DNA of 59,701 nt, the filler included, from Jimgerdemannia flammicorona (lineage: Eukaryota), in assembly GCA_003990765.1 (NCBI GenBank). It is 3 parts of 3 records of this genome, joined end to end, with 100 filler letters (N's around TTAATTAATTAA, not from the genome) between each part and the next. Parts side by side here need not be neighbours in the genome. Positions count along the whole stretch, not along the records: positions 19,936 to 39,768 come from RBNJ01001838.1; 2 more parts are not named here. One strand, given 5' to 3'. Positions 21,329 to 34,551 of this stretch are shown piece by piece (the first letter of the stretch is position 1; each line of letters starts with the position of its first letter). The notes under the pieces were generated by a model. It did not search any database, was not told the origin of the DNA, and was given only the letters and a program-made list of their open reading frames with translations. Made by a program: the position numbers and the translations under genes.

Positions 21329-23152
21329 ATGACTATCACCATTCTCCCAGCTCGTCTGAAGCTGCTCCACTTCCCCAAGTCTACCCTTCCCCATGCGACG
21401 CACGCCATTATAAAAGCCTGTTTCTTCGATATAAGGTGCGTGAATTTTATTCAATATAACATAGAACGCGAGTTGAATGAACTTCACCCTCTACATTGGG
21501 AATTTTTTTGACCGCCTCATTCCCCCAACAACCCTTCCAGCCGCTCCTATTTCTTCAGCTACACAGAGAACTCCCTCGAAGTATCCATCGTCGCCGAGAA
21601 CCACGTCGTCGAGAACGAATTCATGCCGTCGCTGAACGCCGCATGCAGCGAAATCGAGGTCAGCGAGGAGACCTTTAGGGCGCTGCAGATTGATGACGAC
21701 ACCGGCCAGAGCTCCTGTACGTTTATATTGAAACATTGTCGGAAGATCTTATTCTGAGAAGTGATGACTTGATTTGACGACGCGAATGATTAATATACCG
21801 TTAGACTCGTCGGGGAGGCGTATCAGCGAGCTCTCCGAGCCGCTCGCCCAAGCACAGTTCTCCATATTTTACATGTCGACGTATCAGACTGATTTTATTT
21901 TGGTGAGTTTTGGTAACTCTCATTTTGCACAAACGTTGATGTCATGATAAACACTACATCGAACTAAACCAATTCTTCGTCTCGTTGCCACCCAGGTCAA
22001 AGAGAAGCGCCTCGCGCAAGCGGTAACTGCGCTCCTTCAGCATGGCTTTGAGATGGACATGGATTCAGTAGACGAGCAGGTCCCCTCGCTGGCGGTAGCG
22101 CAGGTCCACCGAATCAACGGGAATGGTTACGGGGGGGACGACGACGCGGAAGTGGCGTCACTCGCGGACCCCGAAAACGGCTCACACAATGACTACGACC
22201 ACCCGGCCGAGCAGAACTTTGGCGTGCGGTGGGAGAAGATCGTGCTCCGGAACGAGCTCAGGTGCGCTGGGCTCAACAGGGACTTCATACAGAGCTGGGC
22301 GCTCAATATCATCAAGGTTCTGTTTTATCCGGAGATGGTCGCGGGGTATGAGTGAGTGTTACATGGTTTGGGATTAACTTGCCCGAAACGTCTTTTTTTT
22401 TTTTTTTTTAGGGGGAGGGGAGGGTGTGGCGAGGGGATGTATGCGTATTAATCTATCTTCAAATATTCACCCCGTAGCTCCGAAAACCCTCGCTTTTTCT
22501 CCTATACCGCCACCAATGATGGCATCTCGCTCATCACGGACCACTATATCCTGGAAGAATTTGAGGAGCACATGCTCAACGTGAGCGACAACACCCCACC
22601 TCTCCGTCTGATCCAGGTCGATCTCGCCGGTGCAAATTTAGGTTCGTGCGCTTCTCCAGGTTTCCATCGTTGTTGTTGATGAAGAAGAAAAAGTAGAATC
22701 TCTGGATGGCTAACATCCCATGGCGTTGTCCCCACTACCGGTTCCTCAAGTAGATCGATACGGGATTGTGCGGTCGATATCACGCCCGCTCGTGTTAGAG
22801 GCGGGAATCAATTTACTGTACCTGAGTACACATAAGACAGCCAATGTTTTGGTAGGATTTTTCGTTTTTCATCTTATTTTGGAGGATTGGGGATGGGGAG
22901 AGGTTGGCACAGTATATGTGACCAAGAAAGATGATTATTTAATATCTGTTTGGTTTCGAGGTTAAGAGTGTATTCATGCGTATCAGATGTTCAGGCCATT
23001 TGCTAAGGAAGTACGCAATATGATGACGTGGAACTAATTGCGAATCGTTTCTCTACTTCATCAAACCCTAGGTCTCCGAAGACGACCTCGAGCGTGCGCA
23101 AGAGATTTTGGCAACGAATCCGGAGAAGGCGCAGGATCAGCTGGACGTGTGA
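21329..23152 (+). CDS. CASTOR/GATS-like ACT-domain protein, 7 exons
   Basis: Exons 21329-21435, 21541-21716, 21805-21902, 21996-22351, 22478-22641, 22754-22851 and 23072-23152 splice in frame with GT-AG. Duplicated motifs FFSYTE/FFSYTA and LSEPLA..FSIFYMSTYQTDFILV / ISRPL..GINLLYLSTHKTANVLV are typical of CASTOR ACT repeats. Confidence 0.88.
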
Positions 23153-24487
23153 TTCGTACGATTAATAACGTGGGGAGAAGAGGAGAAAGGGATGGAAAGA
23201 GAAGGATAACGTGAATGGATGCATTTTTTTTTTTTTAGGGTGAGGGGGAGGGGGGAGATCGTAGTGGGAAAGCAAATACATGCGCTACGTGAGAAATTGT
23301 GGTAGCAAGCTTACTCGATAGATGAGCGTTATTTCGAGTTTTATCTCTAAGACTTTGGTTATTTGACCATTCAGTTCACTTTTACTTGCCTTTGTATTTC
23401 ATTTGGTATCCTGTCATGTAAAAATAGGGTTCCACCTACCTGTGTTGCTTTTGGTTTGCGGCTAAAGTTTTAACTTCGATAGTCTAGAGCAACGATGGAA
23501 TTTTTGTGCATTATCATGGTCATGTTCCTTGTACTTTGTAATGATCAAGAAATCGTGTAAAATAAAAAACAGATCAAGTAGAATGAGAAAAAAATAATAA
23601 GTAATAAATACCCTGGGGCAAGCGTGTTTCACCCAAAAATAATACAATGATGCAAACTATGGATTTTTAATACGCTATGCTAAGTAGGGTCGATATAAAC
23701 CCCCGAGATGCGAAAAATAAACATAAAAATAAAAATAAAAATAAATAAATAAATAAGCCGGTTTATACCAGGATGTCTGAATACCAAAGTGATTCAGGCA
23801 ATCGTCGGCGTTATATATTCAGGATACGTCTTAATGCGTCATTCTAAGACATCCTCCCTTTCTATTTTCCGACGCCGCACTTAGCCTAATCAGCGTTAGT
23901 AACAGATATTTGATCGCGTTGCAAAGATAATAGTACGAAATGGAGCTTGCGTCTGTCTTTGTCGCCAAGGGCTCAAACAATAACACCAACACCGTCCCAA
24001 TGAGATGGTAGGTGGCGGGGTCCAAATTTGCCTAACGGATTTTTGTTCAAGCCAAATCGGAGATCTTCCATTGCTCCGATCGCCACGGGCCTCGCTTGGG
24101 ATATTGATTCTTTTACGGATCGGACTTGTGCTCAATAACCGTTCCCTTCAGCTTACCACGCTATCTGTGCTAGTGAAAAAAAGACGCAATCCAAAACAGG
24201 AGCATGATGCTTGAGGGCGAAGTCGAAGGATTTTAGCTCCCTTCTTCGCGCAGTCCGGATCACACCAAGCTTAGCCGTCGACGATCACATTCGACAATAT
24301 TTTGAACCCGCGCCAAAGAAATACGCCCACGGACAAGGTGCTCCGCTTCACCGACGCGCCAGTGACGTACTGGCGGTGCCAATTTCTATCTAGCGCCGTC
24401 ACGTGATATGGAATAATGGCCCAAACGCAAATGAACTATAAAGAGCGCCCTTGGGCGCCCAAGATTTGAAGAATCGAGAAGGAAAAC

Positions 24488-26230
24488 ATGGCTCAAGAAG
24501 AATACTCCGTAGAATACATCCCACCTAATTCCATAGGTGTGCACCCCAACACGGACACCGACAACCACACTCTATACAATGCCAACAGCTCGCATTTTAA
24601 CGGCGACGGCGGCGTCCACCCCCCACACAATCCCATCGGCTCGCATCCGGGCCTCGGTATTAGCAACAACCACGACGCGGCGAACCCGCATACGCACCTG
24701 CAACCTCCTCGAATGACACCGCTCCCTCACTCCAACTCCTTCCATCTGATCCCGTTGACGCCGCTCTACGAGGACAAGACTATCTCTCAGTCTGCATCGG
24801 AGTCGGAGAAGCTCGGAAAGCGATGGAGGTCCGGCTCCGGCTCCGGCAGCGGCTCCGGTAACGGCTCTGGCTCTTCCGTGTCGCACTCTTCCGACTCTAG
24901 TTCGCATCACTCCAGCTCGAGCCACTCGGGAATCCAGGAGAACCTGGAGGAGGCGTGGGGCGAATTTGTGCACCCGGCAGGGGTGAAGCCCAAGCACAAG
25001 AGGATCGTTACTTGGCTCGGCAAGGTCGGATTCACCACCAAGGGTATCGTGTACGGCCTCATCGGCGGCATGACATGCGCGTCTGCGAATAGGCTCAATT
25101 TGACGGGGACTGCGACCGATAATGAATCGCCTCAGGTAAGCGTGGTGCTTTGGGCTATCGTGTAAAGTGGCTCCGTGTAGAGATTAATCCTGGCTTATTG
25201 GTTTTGTTATTCATGCATATTCACAGGGAGTTTTCATATTCATCGGTGGCATTCCGATCGGAACGCCTTTGCTCGTAATCATGTTCATCGGTGTACTCTT
25301 CTATGCCGTATGGCGATTGTGAGTTTTACTAATCGCCTTGTAAATAGTCATTTCTTTTGCGGTAATCTATACTTACCAACCGTCCATCCTCTTTTATCTA
25401 ACAGCTGGGAGGCCATCACTGGCCAGGGTGCTGACGCCCAATTCTCCGCCAAGAAGAACTTCTTCCGCTACCGCCTTTCTCCCTTCGTCAGCGGCTGCGT
25501 CTACACGGCCTATCTCTATTACATTATCAAATTAATCCCTATGGCGAGCCAAAGCCGCTCAGAAGTCGGCAGTCCGGGCTGCTTCCCGTCTTGCTGGCGA
25601 GACTCTGGTTTAGGTCGTGCGGGACTAGTCTTATTCGGCATAGCCTTCTCCATTGCGACGGTGACGCAGCTAATCAACACGCTGACGGTGGGGTGGCACC
25701 GTGACCTACGCGTTAGGCACTCGCACCCGATCATTAAGTACGGCATCTACACGCTAGGCCACGCCGGGTTCCTTGCGCGTGCGGGAGTGTTTCTGTTCGT
25801 AGCGGTGCTCATGTTCCACGCGCTGGCGGTACCCGTCGACTCGACTCATTCTACCGTCGCCAACGCGCTCAACTTTCTACTGCCCACGACCGCCGGGAAG
25901 GTATTAATGTTCATTCTCGGGATCGGGTTGATTTTCTTTGGCTTGTTCGCCATCCTGAATTCCGCGTACAAGTACTTCCCAACGCCGCCGCCGAGCAGGG
26001 AGCAAGATAGGAGTAGGGAAGGGGAGGAGGAAGAGGCGAGGAAACCGGGAATGTGGAGAAAGGTGACAAAGTGGGCCGGGTATACGGATCAGCCAAAGTC
26101 GCCGTTCGAGATAGAAGAGAACGAAAAGGTTGAAAGGGAAAGGAGTGACAAAGTAGAAAATGGACATAAAGCGGATGGGGGATATTTCAATTTTCGATCG
26201 CGTGGGGATAACGAGAAAAGAGGTGGGTGA
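24488..26230 (+). CDS. DUF1206-like multi-pass membrane protein with a His/Ser-rich N-terminus, 3 exons
   Basis: Exons 24488-25135, 25227-25318 and 25405-26230 splice in frame; repeated motifs WLGKVGFTTKGIVYGLIG and LGHAGFLARAGVFLFVA resemble DUF1206 repeats. Confidence 0.8.
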
Positions 26231-27229
26231 GGAATGGGTAAGAAGTAAACCTCCAAGAAGAATTGTTTGGCAGCGTGATGTACATACTTTACCAACTTTC
26301 TCAGACCTGACTCGAATACCAAATAATCTTAGCCATCATACATGGCATATGTTTGTTTATACTTATCTGGCAGCCGCACTCTTCCTTATTTTTTGCTACA
26401 CCATTTCTCCAATTATTTCGCCTTGAGGTTTGGTAAATAAAAGTTACGTTAATATATTTTTAACGAGCAGTCAAAAGTTGTTGAATGGTAAGCTCGAGAA
26501 AAGAACTACGAAAAAGGCCACTTCGTAAAGCTTAGACGTCGTGACTTACGACACTGCAAATCCGGTGACAGTATTGTGCTGTGCTCGATGGGGATATTGA
26601 AGATATTCGAGGGTACAGTACAATAACGTCACTGCCATAGTCTCTAAAGGTTTACAACTAGCCTCCGTCCCTGGGTTCCAAAGCTAGCTTCGTGAAATCC
26701 AAAAAGTCTGGCCACGTGGCTTTCACATGGTAATAGCGCAACGATACCGACGCCGCTTGAGCAGTATTCGCCTCGATGCAAACCAAGTTGACGTAGACCG
26801 ATGAAGATTTTGAATGCATGGCATTTGCTTTTGTGATGGTTTAGAAATAGTTTAAAGCGAGAAGCAAAGCTCAGATTGCCGAACATTTATTAGTAACATC
26901 GCCATAACGTTAAAACTTGTTGGCGTAGTTTAATTTTGACATAGACATGATCGTGGACAATGCATACAGTGACCGATAGCATAAACATATGGGACATACA
27001 GCATAGATATGAACTATGCATATAAGCCGGGGTTCGGGAAGAGATAAATAATCGACTATATATGCATGTAAGCGAGTTTCATGAGTGATGTTATCAAATA
27101 ATTGGATTCGAATATGCTGGAGCATAAGCTCAGCTCAATGAATGAATAACACAATTATGTATCAGGGGGAGAAGGTATATAATGTGTATTGTATGTCAAC
27201 TCGAGTATTGAAACACAGCTGGTTTCCTA

Positions 27230-27400
27230 TGACTAATAACAGCAGTCGCAATCCTGTATCACGACAGGACGCGTTTCCGTAGGCGCTTAATTCTGTATCG
27301 ACATTGGGGTCGAGGTTGAAGTTGGTGTCGCACGTTGAGATGAGTATGCTGCAATAATATGAGTGAGACTTGATGTCATAGATCTTCTGTATGCCACATG
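27230..27400 (-). pseudogene. Remnant of the 3' end of a Zn2Cys6-family paralogue
   Basis: Similar to 33400-33590 and 37720-37900 (TTCTGTATCGACATT..GTTGGTGTCG..GTTGAGATGAGT..CTGC) with deletions. Confidence 0.65.
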
Positions 27401-28009
27401 TTTTTATGTCAAAATTAAACTACGCGGTGTTACTATTAATTAGATGTTCAGCAGTCTGAGCTTTGCTTCTTGCCTAAATTATTTCTAATTCATCACAAAA
27501 GCAAATATCATGCATTCCAACCCTTCATCGGTCGCGTTGGTATCGTTGCGCTTATTACCATGTTAAAGCCCCGTGTCCAGACTTTTTGAGTTCCACGAAA
27601 CTAATTTTGGAACTCAGCCCTCGTTCCATGGAGGCTAGTTGAGAGCGGGCTATGGGAGTTACGTTATTGTACCGCACCCTCGAATTTCCTATCGAGCACA
27701 GTATTGCTATCGGAATTGCATAGGAATCCTAGACGTCTAAGCTTACCAAGTGTGGGCTTGCACAATTTCGTGATTCCTTCCACTCCAACTTTTAACCGCT
27801 CGTTAAAAATTAACGTAGCTTTTCTTTAAGGCGAAATGATTGGAGAAATGACGTAGCTAACAATAAGGAAGGGTGCGGCTACCAGATAAATACAAATAAG
27901 CATATGCCATGTGTGATGGCTAGGATTATTCAGTATTCGAGTCAGATCTGGGAAAGTCGGTAAAGTGTGTACATCACGCAGGCAACCAATACTTATTGGA
28001 GGTTTACTT

Positions 28010-29325
28010 CTTCCCCATCCCCATCCACCTCTTTTCTCGCTATTCCCACACAATCGAACACTGAAATACCCCCCTCCGCCTCATGCCCATTTTCATCTTT
28101 GTCCTTCTTTTTCCTCTCACATCCTCTCCGTATACTTTTTGTTCCCCTCGATCTCAAACGGCGACTTTGGCTGATTCGTATACCCGGCCCACTTTCTCAT
28201 CCTCCTCCACATCCCTATTCCCATCTTTCTCCCCGCTCGGCGGTGGGAGTTGGGAGGTATATACTTGTACACGGAATTCAGGATGACGAACAAGCCAAAC
28301 AGAGTCAACTCAAACCCGACCACGAACACGAACACATACCCGGCGGTCGTGGGCAGTAAAAAGTTGAGCGTGCTGACGACGGTGGAATGGGTCGAGTCAA
28401 TGGGTTCCGCCAGCGTGCGGAACATGAGCACTAGCACTTCGCACGTGCGAGGAACCCGGTGTGGCCTAGCGTGTGGACGCCATACTTGATGATTGGGTGC
28501 GAACTCCTAACGCGTAGGTCATGAGTTGGTCTGCTGGCTTCTGTGCGTCAGGGTTGGTTTGACAATGTAGTAGAGATAGGCCTTATAGACGCAGCCAGAG
28601 AAAGACGGTAACGGAAGAAGTTCTTCTTGATGGCTTCCCAGTTTTTTAATAGTGAGTTGCTGAGTATAGGTTACGCGGAAAATGTGAACCTGTTTACAAG
28701 GCGATTAGGAAATTCACAATCGCTATACGGCATGGATGAATATGACTACGAGAAAAAAGCGTTCTGATCGGAAAGTTCCGATGATTATGAAATGCCTTGT
28801 GAATACGAATGAGTAACGAAACCAATAGGACATGATTAACCTCGGCATGGAATGTATTCTCGCTACTTTACCCGATAGCCCAAAGTACCATGCTCACCTG
28901 ATCCCGGCAAATTGAGCCTATTCGTAGACGCGCATGTCATGCCGCCGATGAGGCTGTATACAATACCCTTGGCGGTGAACCCGATCCTGCCGAGCCAGGG
29001 AGCGATCTTGTGCTTGGGTTTCACTCCCGCCTCTTCCCGAGCTTCTCCGACTCCGAGATAGTCTTGTCCTCGCAGAGCGACGTCAACAGGATTAGATGGA
29101 AGTAGTTGGAGTGAGGAAGCGGTGTCATTCGAGAAGGTCGTTGGTGTGTATGCGGGTTCGCCGCGTCGTGATTGTTACGTGGCCGGGATGCGAGTCGATG
29201 GGAAGTTGGACGTCGCCGTCGCCGTTAAAATGCGAGCTGTTGGCATTATGTGGAGTGTGGTTGTCGCTGCCCGTGTTCAAGTGCACGGCTACAGGATTAG
29301 GTGGTTATATTCTGCGCGGTATTCG
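28010..29325 (-). pseudogene. Inverted, deleted copy of the DUF1206-like gene
   Basis: Reverse complement follows 24488-26230 including both introns; ATG lost, many deletions; 3' flank homology continues to about 27440. Confidence 0.9.
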
Positions 29326-30265
29326 ATTTTTGAAATCTTGGACGCCCTGCATGAGTATGCTGGGGAGAGGCTTGAGGTTTGGGTGTCTGAAATTGCCAGC
29401 AAACGGAAAAGATATGTGATTCATGTGCCATGGGAATTGATAAACCTGCTAAGCAAACGGGAGGTTGGCCGGTTGTCCTTACCCGTAAGACACTTCGGTT
29501 AGGAATATATATAAACTTGGGGCAGTCACTGATTTATGAAGCTGCGCCATCCGCTCGCCTGGACCTTGACCCTGACGGTGTGGGTAACGTGGGTAACTTA
29601 CTATTTAGTAACAGTGACCAAAATTCACCTGAGAAGGCGCACCACAGATTAACCGGGTTTAAAATTCTTGTTACATGTTTATAGCGGCACCCTTTCTACA
29701 ATGTTAGTATATGTAAATATTTTAATGAGTGGATAAAAGTTGAAGTGTACGCTCGAGAAAAAAAACGAAAGGGATTACGAGAAATGTACAAGGTCACATG
29801 ATATAGCTTAGGTGTCGCGGCTCGCGAGACACTCAGATTTCCGATAACAATACAATGCTCGAGCGGGCGACCTGTGTACATTACAGCAACATAGCTTCCA
29901 GTATCCACTCTTTCAACTTCTAGAAATCTGTCCAAGGTTTACAACTAGCTTCTGTGTGACGAGGTCCTGGGATTTCTTGAAACCCAAAAGTCTCTAGCAG
30001 TATTCATCTCGATACAAACCAAGTTGACATAGATGATGAATATTTTCGAGTCTATGCCATTCGCTTTCATGTTAATTTTGCAGGAAGTAAAGCTCAGACT
30101 ACGGCGTGACATCTAAAGCTTGTAGCGATTATATGCATTTCGTGAGTATTAGGGGATCAGCAAGATTTTGAAACGTTTTATCCCGTGTAACCAACCCCAT
30201 CTCGGTTCCGCCTCTTCTCAGACTGCTTTTTTGTCAGCCTATAAAACGTTCCCTCTATCAAAACA

Positions 30266-30523
30266 ATGACTTTCAATTCCACCAATTCCAACACCACCTA
30301 CCTCAAATGCGTCCAGCTTTTTTTAGCTGCGAGTGCCAATCGGGCTTCGAGCTAGATCCCAGCATCCTGGATAAAGATATACTTCGACTTCGACAAATTC
30401 GACAAAGATAAAATTGACGCGCGTTTCGACATACCCAGTGACAACATTGCTGAACCTCTCCAACTTAACCTTGACTCTGATATCAACATCGGCTTCTCAC
30501 TAAGCGTACTCGGTGAGGAATAC
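30266..30523 (+). pseudogene. 5' fragment of a Zn2Cys6-family paralogue
   Basis: Matches the N-terminal coding region of the 33457-34551 gene (YFDFDKFDKDKID.RFDI) with deletions; TATA at 30240. Confidence 0.85.
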
Positions 30524-30813
30524 GAAGCTGCGCATTCTTTGATTTGGATGGCAACAGGTTGGTGATTGTGCGACGCAAATTCTTTTTGTTCTGGAATCGT
30601 GCACACCACGGAGATCGACATACCGCATAGTGTGTTGGTCACACTGTTACTAAATAGTAAATAAAACCTGCTGATCCGAATAGTTGGGCAGTCACAGGTT
30701 TTCGGCCACCGGTTCCGCCAAAAGATTTGGCCTATAAAGTGTCTGCGTCTAGTCTCGATACGCAAATCTCATACCCTTCCTCCTTCTATTAAACCCTCCT
30801 CTGCACCAGTCCG

Positions 30814-31842
30814 ATGCGTCAAGATTTTTTCACCTGTGAGGACACCCTCCAAGCTCAGCTACCGGAATGCTATGATAGCAACGCAATCCATATACAGCAA
30901 GGCCAATCCAACTTCGATCTAAATCGCCGTATCCTGGATTCCAACACATACTTCGACAAATTCGAAATCGACTCGCGTTTCGACATACCCAACGACAACA
31001 CTGAACCTCTCCAAGTTAATCTCGACTCTGACTTCTCGCTCGGCGAGGAATACAACCAATACCATCACGGAAATCTCAAATTTATCCAATTATTCAGTGA
31101 AGAACTTCACATGGACATCGACAAAAATATACCCGACTCTTATTTCGACCCCAGTGACAGCTTGATATGGAGAGATTCGATCAACAATACCACGGAGATC
31201 TTCAACTCCAGCACATTTGTCGAAGCAGTCATAAAGGATGATCTCAGCAAAAGTCGATCGCCAACTATCACAACCGAAAGTTTTCCTTCAGGACCTTCCC
31301 GTAAAATTGATGCGATACAAACACCAACTGCACCTTCCATCACAATGCCGCCTGTAAAATACAAGCAATGTCCGGACTGTTCGAGTAGGAAGAAGCGCTG
31401 TCCTCGTCACGTCTCCTTGAAGAAAGTGAAAAGAGTTGGGCCGGGCAAGGCATGCAGTTGGTGCAAGAAGGAAGCCAAGCGATGTTTTGGAGGTGTCCCG
31501 TGTGCTGGTTGCAAAAAACATGACAGGGCTTGTCTCGGAGACAGCACCTATCCTACCGTCATCGATAGACTGTGCAATAATCTGTCCGATTCAGATGATA
31601 AGATCGCGTGGAAGGCTCACAGGCAGCTTTATCACATTGTCGCGAAGCTCTGTGGCGAAAGGCGTCATGAAGTCGACCACTACCGGAAATACCTAATGGA
31701 GCACAGTAGCACCAAGGAGATTCGTGATATCAATAGTCCAATCGACTGGCTTCACTCATATTATCGCAGCAGACAAATCTCAGCCTGCGAGACTGCAACG
31801 ACACCAACACCAACCTCGACCTCAATGTTGATACATAACTAA
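30814..31842 (+). CDS. Intronless Zn2Cys6 (Gal4-type) protein, paralogue A
   Basis: 342-aa ORF; CSWCKKEAKRCFGGVPCAGCKKHDRAC fits CX2CX6CX5CX2CX6C; acidic N-terminus; lacks the first ~15 codons of the paralogues. Confidence 0.85.
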   Translation: MRQDFFTCEDTLQAQLPECYDSNAIHIQQGQSNFDLNRRILDSNTYFDKFEIDSRFDIPNDNTEPLQVNLDSDFSLGEEYNQYHHGNLKFIQLFSEELHMDIDKNIPDSYFDPSDSLIWRDSINNTTEIFNSSTFVEAVIKDDLSKSRSPTITTESFPSGPSRKIDAIQTPTAPSITMPPVKYKQCPDCSSRKKRCPRHVSLKKVKRVGPGKACSWCKKEAKRCFGGVPCAGCKKHDRACLGDSTYPTVIDRLCNNLSDSDDKIAWKAHRQLYHIVAKLCGERRHEVDHYRKYLMEHSSTKEIRDINSPIDWLHSYYRSRQISACETATTPTPTSTSMLIHN

Positions 31843-32474
31843 GCGATATCAGTCGTCTACAAGACCAAGGAACGTGTTCTATCGTGATAGGTGGTTCCAA
31901 TTGCTGTCATTAGTCATATAATTTATTGACGGAATCGGCTTCTTAATATGTGTTTCAATACTTGAGTTGCTGTACAATACAAACATTACATACCTTCTCC
32001 TTGATACATATTGCTCGAGCATATTCAACCCCAATTATTTGATAATCACAAATGAAACATGCTTACACGAATATATAGTCGATTTTTTGTGTTCTCATTT
32101 CTTCCTGGACTCCGGCTTATATACTTAGTTCATCTCTGTGCCGTATTTCCATATGTATATGCTATCGATCGCCAAATGCAATCATGTCTACATGTCAAAA
32201 TTAAACTATGCCAAGCTTTAGATGTCGCGGCAGCGTTACTATTAGATGTTCAACAGTCTGAGCTTTGCTCCTCGCCTAAATTATTTCCAACTTAGCATAA
32301 AAGCAAATGTCATGGATTCGGTCGACGTCGCAAATACTCAAACGGCGTTGGTATTGTTGCGCTTATTACCACGTGATCAGATTTTTGGGTTTCACGAAGC
32401 TAGCTTTCCGTACCCTCCAATTTCCCCGATATCCCAGTATTATTATCGGATTTGCATAGAAAACCTACTGAGGT

Positions 32475-32600
32475 GTCGCCGTCGCCGTTAAAATGCGAGC
32501 TGTTGGCATTATGTGGAATGTGGTTGTCGCTGCCCGTGTTCAAGTACACGGCTACAGGATTAGGTGGCTATATTCTGCGCGGTATTCTTGCGCCATGGTC
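32475..32600 (-). pseudogene. 5' fragment of the DUF1206-like gene
   Basis: ATGGCGCAAGAATAC... on the minus strand matches 24488-24610 and 29215-29325, then breaks off. Confidence 0.8.
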
Positions 32601-33456
32601 GTTTTACTTCTCGATTCTTGAAATCTTGGGCGCCCTGCATGAGCGTGCTGGGAGGTGCTTGAGGTTTGAGTGTCCGAAATTGCCAGCAAACGGAAAAGAT
32701 ATGTGATTCTTTATTTTCTCTTCAAGAAATGTGGCGGACAATCAAGAATATGTGCCGTTCTCTTTGGCCGAACCTGTGATTCATGTACTCATGTGTCATG
32801 TGGAACTGATAAAACTGCTAAGTAAACGGGAAAGTTGGCAGTCACCGACCTTGACCTTGGCGGTGCGGTAACTTAACGTGACCAAAATTGAGGTGACCAC
32901 TTTCTTCCTGTTTTTTTTAGTTATATATATACTTAAGCCACCCGACAAAGCTTGTCTCGGAGACAGTACCCTATCCTACCGTCATTGATAATTTGTGCAA
33001 TGATCTGTTCAAGCGGCTTTATTTTATTATCATACAGCTCGGTAGAAATAGCAAATGGCACTACGGAGTCGACCGCCACCAGCAATATCTAGTTGAGAAC
33101 GGATCGTGAACATGCATACAGCGACTGATAGCATAAACATATGGGACATACAGCATAGATATGAACGATATATATAAGCCGGAATTCGGGAAGAGATAAA
33201 AAGATAATGAATCGACTATATATGCAAGTAAGCGAGTTTCATGAGTGATGTTATAAAATTATTGGATTAGAATATGCTCGAGCATAATGAATTTACGTAT
33301 CAGGGGGAGAAGATATATAACGTTTGTATTGTACATCAACTCAAATATTGAAACACATGTAATAAGAAGCTGGTTTCCTCAATAAAATTTATGGCTAATA
33401 ATAGCAAATGGAATCCTGTATCACGACAGGACACGCTTTCAGATGACTGATATCGT

Positions 33457-34551
33457 TTAGTTCTGTATCGATATTGAAGTCAAGGTTGGAGTTGGTGTCG
33501 TTGCAGTCTTGCAAGTTGAGATGAGTCTGCTGCGATGATATGAGCGAAGCCAGTCGATTGGACTATTGATATCATGGATCTCCTGGGTGCCACTGTGTTC
33601 CATTAGATATTTCCGGTAGCGGTCAACTCTATGGCGCCTTTCGCTACAGAGCTTCGCGACAATGTGATAGAGCTGCCTGTGAGCCTTCCACGCGATCGTA
33701 TCATCTGAATCAAGCAGATTATTGCATAAACCATCGATGACGATAGGATAGGTACTGTCTCTGAGACAAGCCCTGTCATGCTTTTTGCAATTAGCACACG
33801 GGATGCCTCCATCACATCGCTTGTTTTCTACCTTGCACCAACTGCACGCTTTTCCTGGTCCAATTCTTTCCACTTTCTTCAAAGAGACATGGCGAGGACA
33901 GCGCTTCTTCCTACGAAAACAGTCTGGGCATTGCTTGTATTTCGTAGGTGGCGTTACGATGGATGGTGTAGTCAATGTTTGCGTCGCATCAATCTTAGGG
34001 TAAGGTGCTGAAAGAGCATTTTCGGTTGAGATAGTCGTAGCAGCATGAAGGTCTTTGCCGAATATGCTGGAATCAAAATCACCCTCTGTGATTGTGTCGA
34101 TGACATTGGGATCTCTGTGATAATTTTGATTGAATATATCAATTTCACTGAGAGTGAGACTGTGGCCGGGTATGTCGAGTTCATCCTTGTCGATGTCCAT
34201 GTGAAGGTCTTTACTGAATAATTGGACGAAATTGGAATATCCGTGGTGGTATTCCTCACCGAGAGCGCTTAGTGAGAAGTCGATGTTGAGATCAGAGTCA
34301 AGGTTAAATTGGAGAGATTCAGCGATGTTGTCGTTGAGTATGTCAAAACGCGAGTCAATTTTATCTTTGTCAAATTTGTCGAAGTCGAAGTATGTGTTGT
34401 GGTCCTCTTTATCCGGAATGCTGGGATCTAGCTCGAAGTCCAATTGGCCTTGCTGGATAGTTGCGTCGCTAGCATGGCACTCACAGCTAAAAAAAGCTGG
34501 ACGCATCTGACAGGTGCAGAGGAGGCAGGAGGTGTTGGAATTGGAAGTCAT
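33457..34551 (-). CDS. Intronless Zn2Cys6 protein, paralogue B
   Basis: CSWCKVENKRCDGGIPCANCKKHDRAC. The ORF is open to 34692, but ATG 34551 (MTSNSNTSCLLCTC) lies downstream of the conserved TATA at ~34630 and aligns with the paralogue starts. Confidence 0.85.
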   Translation of the reverse strand: MTSNSNTSCLLCTCQMRPAFFSCECHASDATIQQGQLDFELDPSIPDKEDHNTYFDFDKFDKDKIDSRFDILNDNIAESLQFNLDSDLNIDFSLSALGEEYHHGYSNFVQLFSKDLHMDIDKDELDIPGHSLTLSEIDIFNQNYHRDPNVIDTITEGDFDSSIFGKDLHAATTISTENALSAPYPKIDATQTLTTPSIVTPPTKYKQCPDCFRRKKRCPRHVSLKKVERIGPGKACSWCKVENKRCDGGIPCANCKKHDRACLRDSTYPIVIDGLCNNLLDSDDTIAWKAHRQLYHIVAKLCSERRHRVDRYRKYLMEHSGTQEIHDINSPIDWLRSYHRSRLISTCKTATTPTPTLTSISIQN

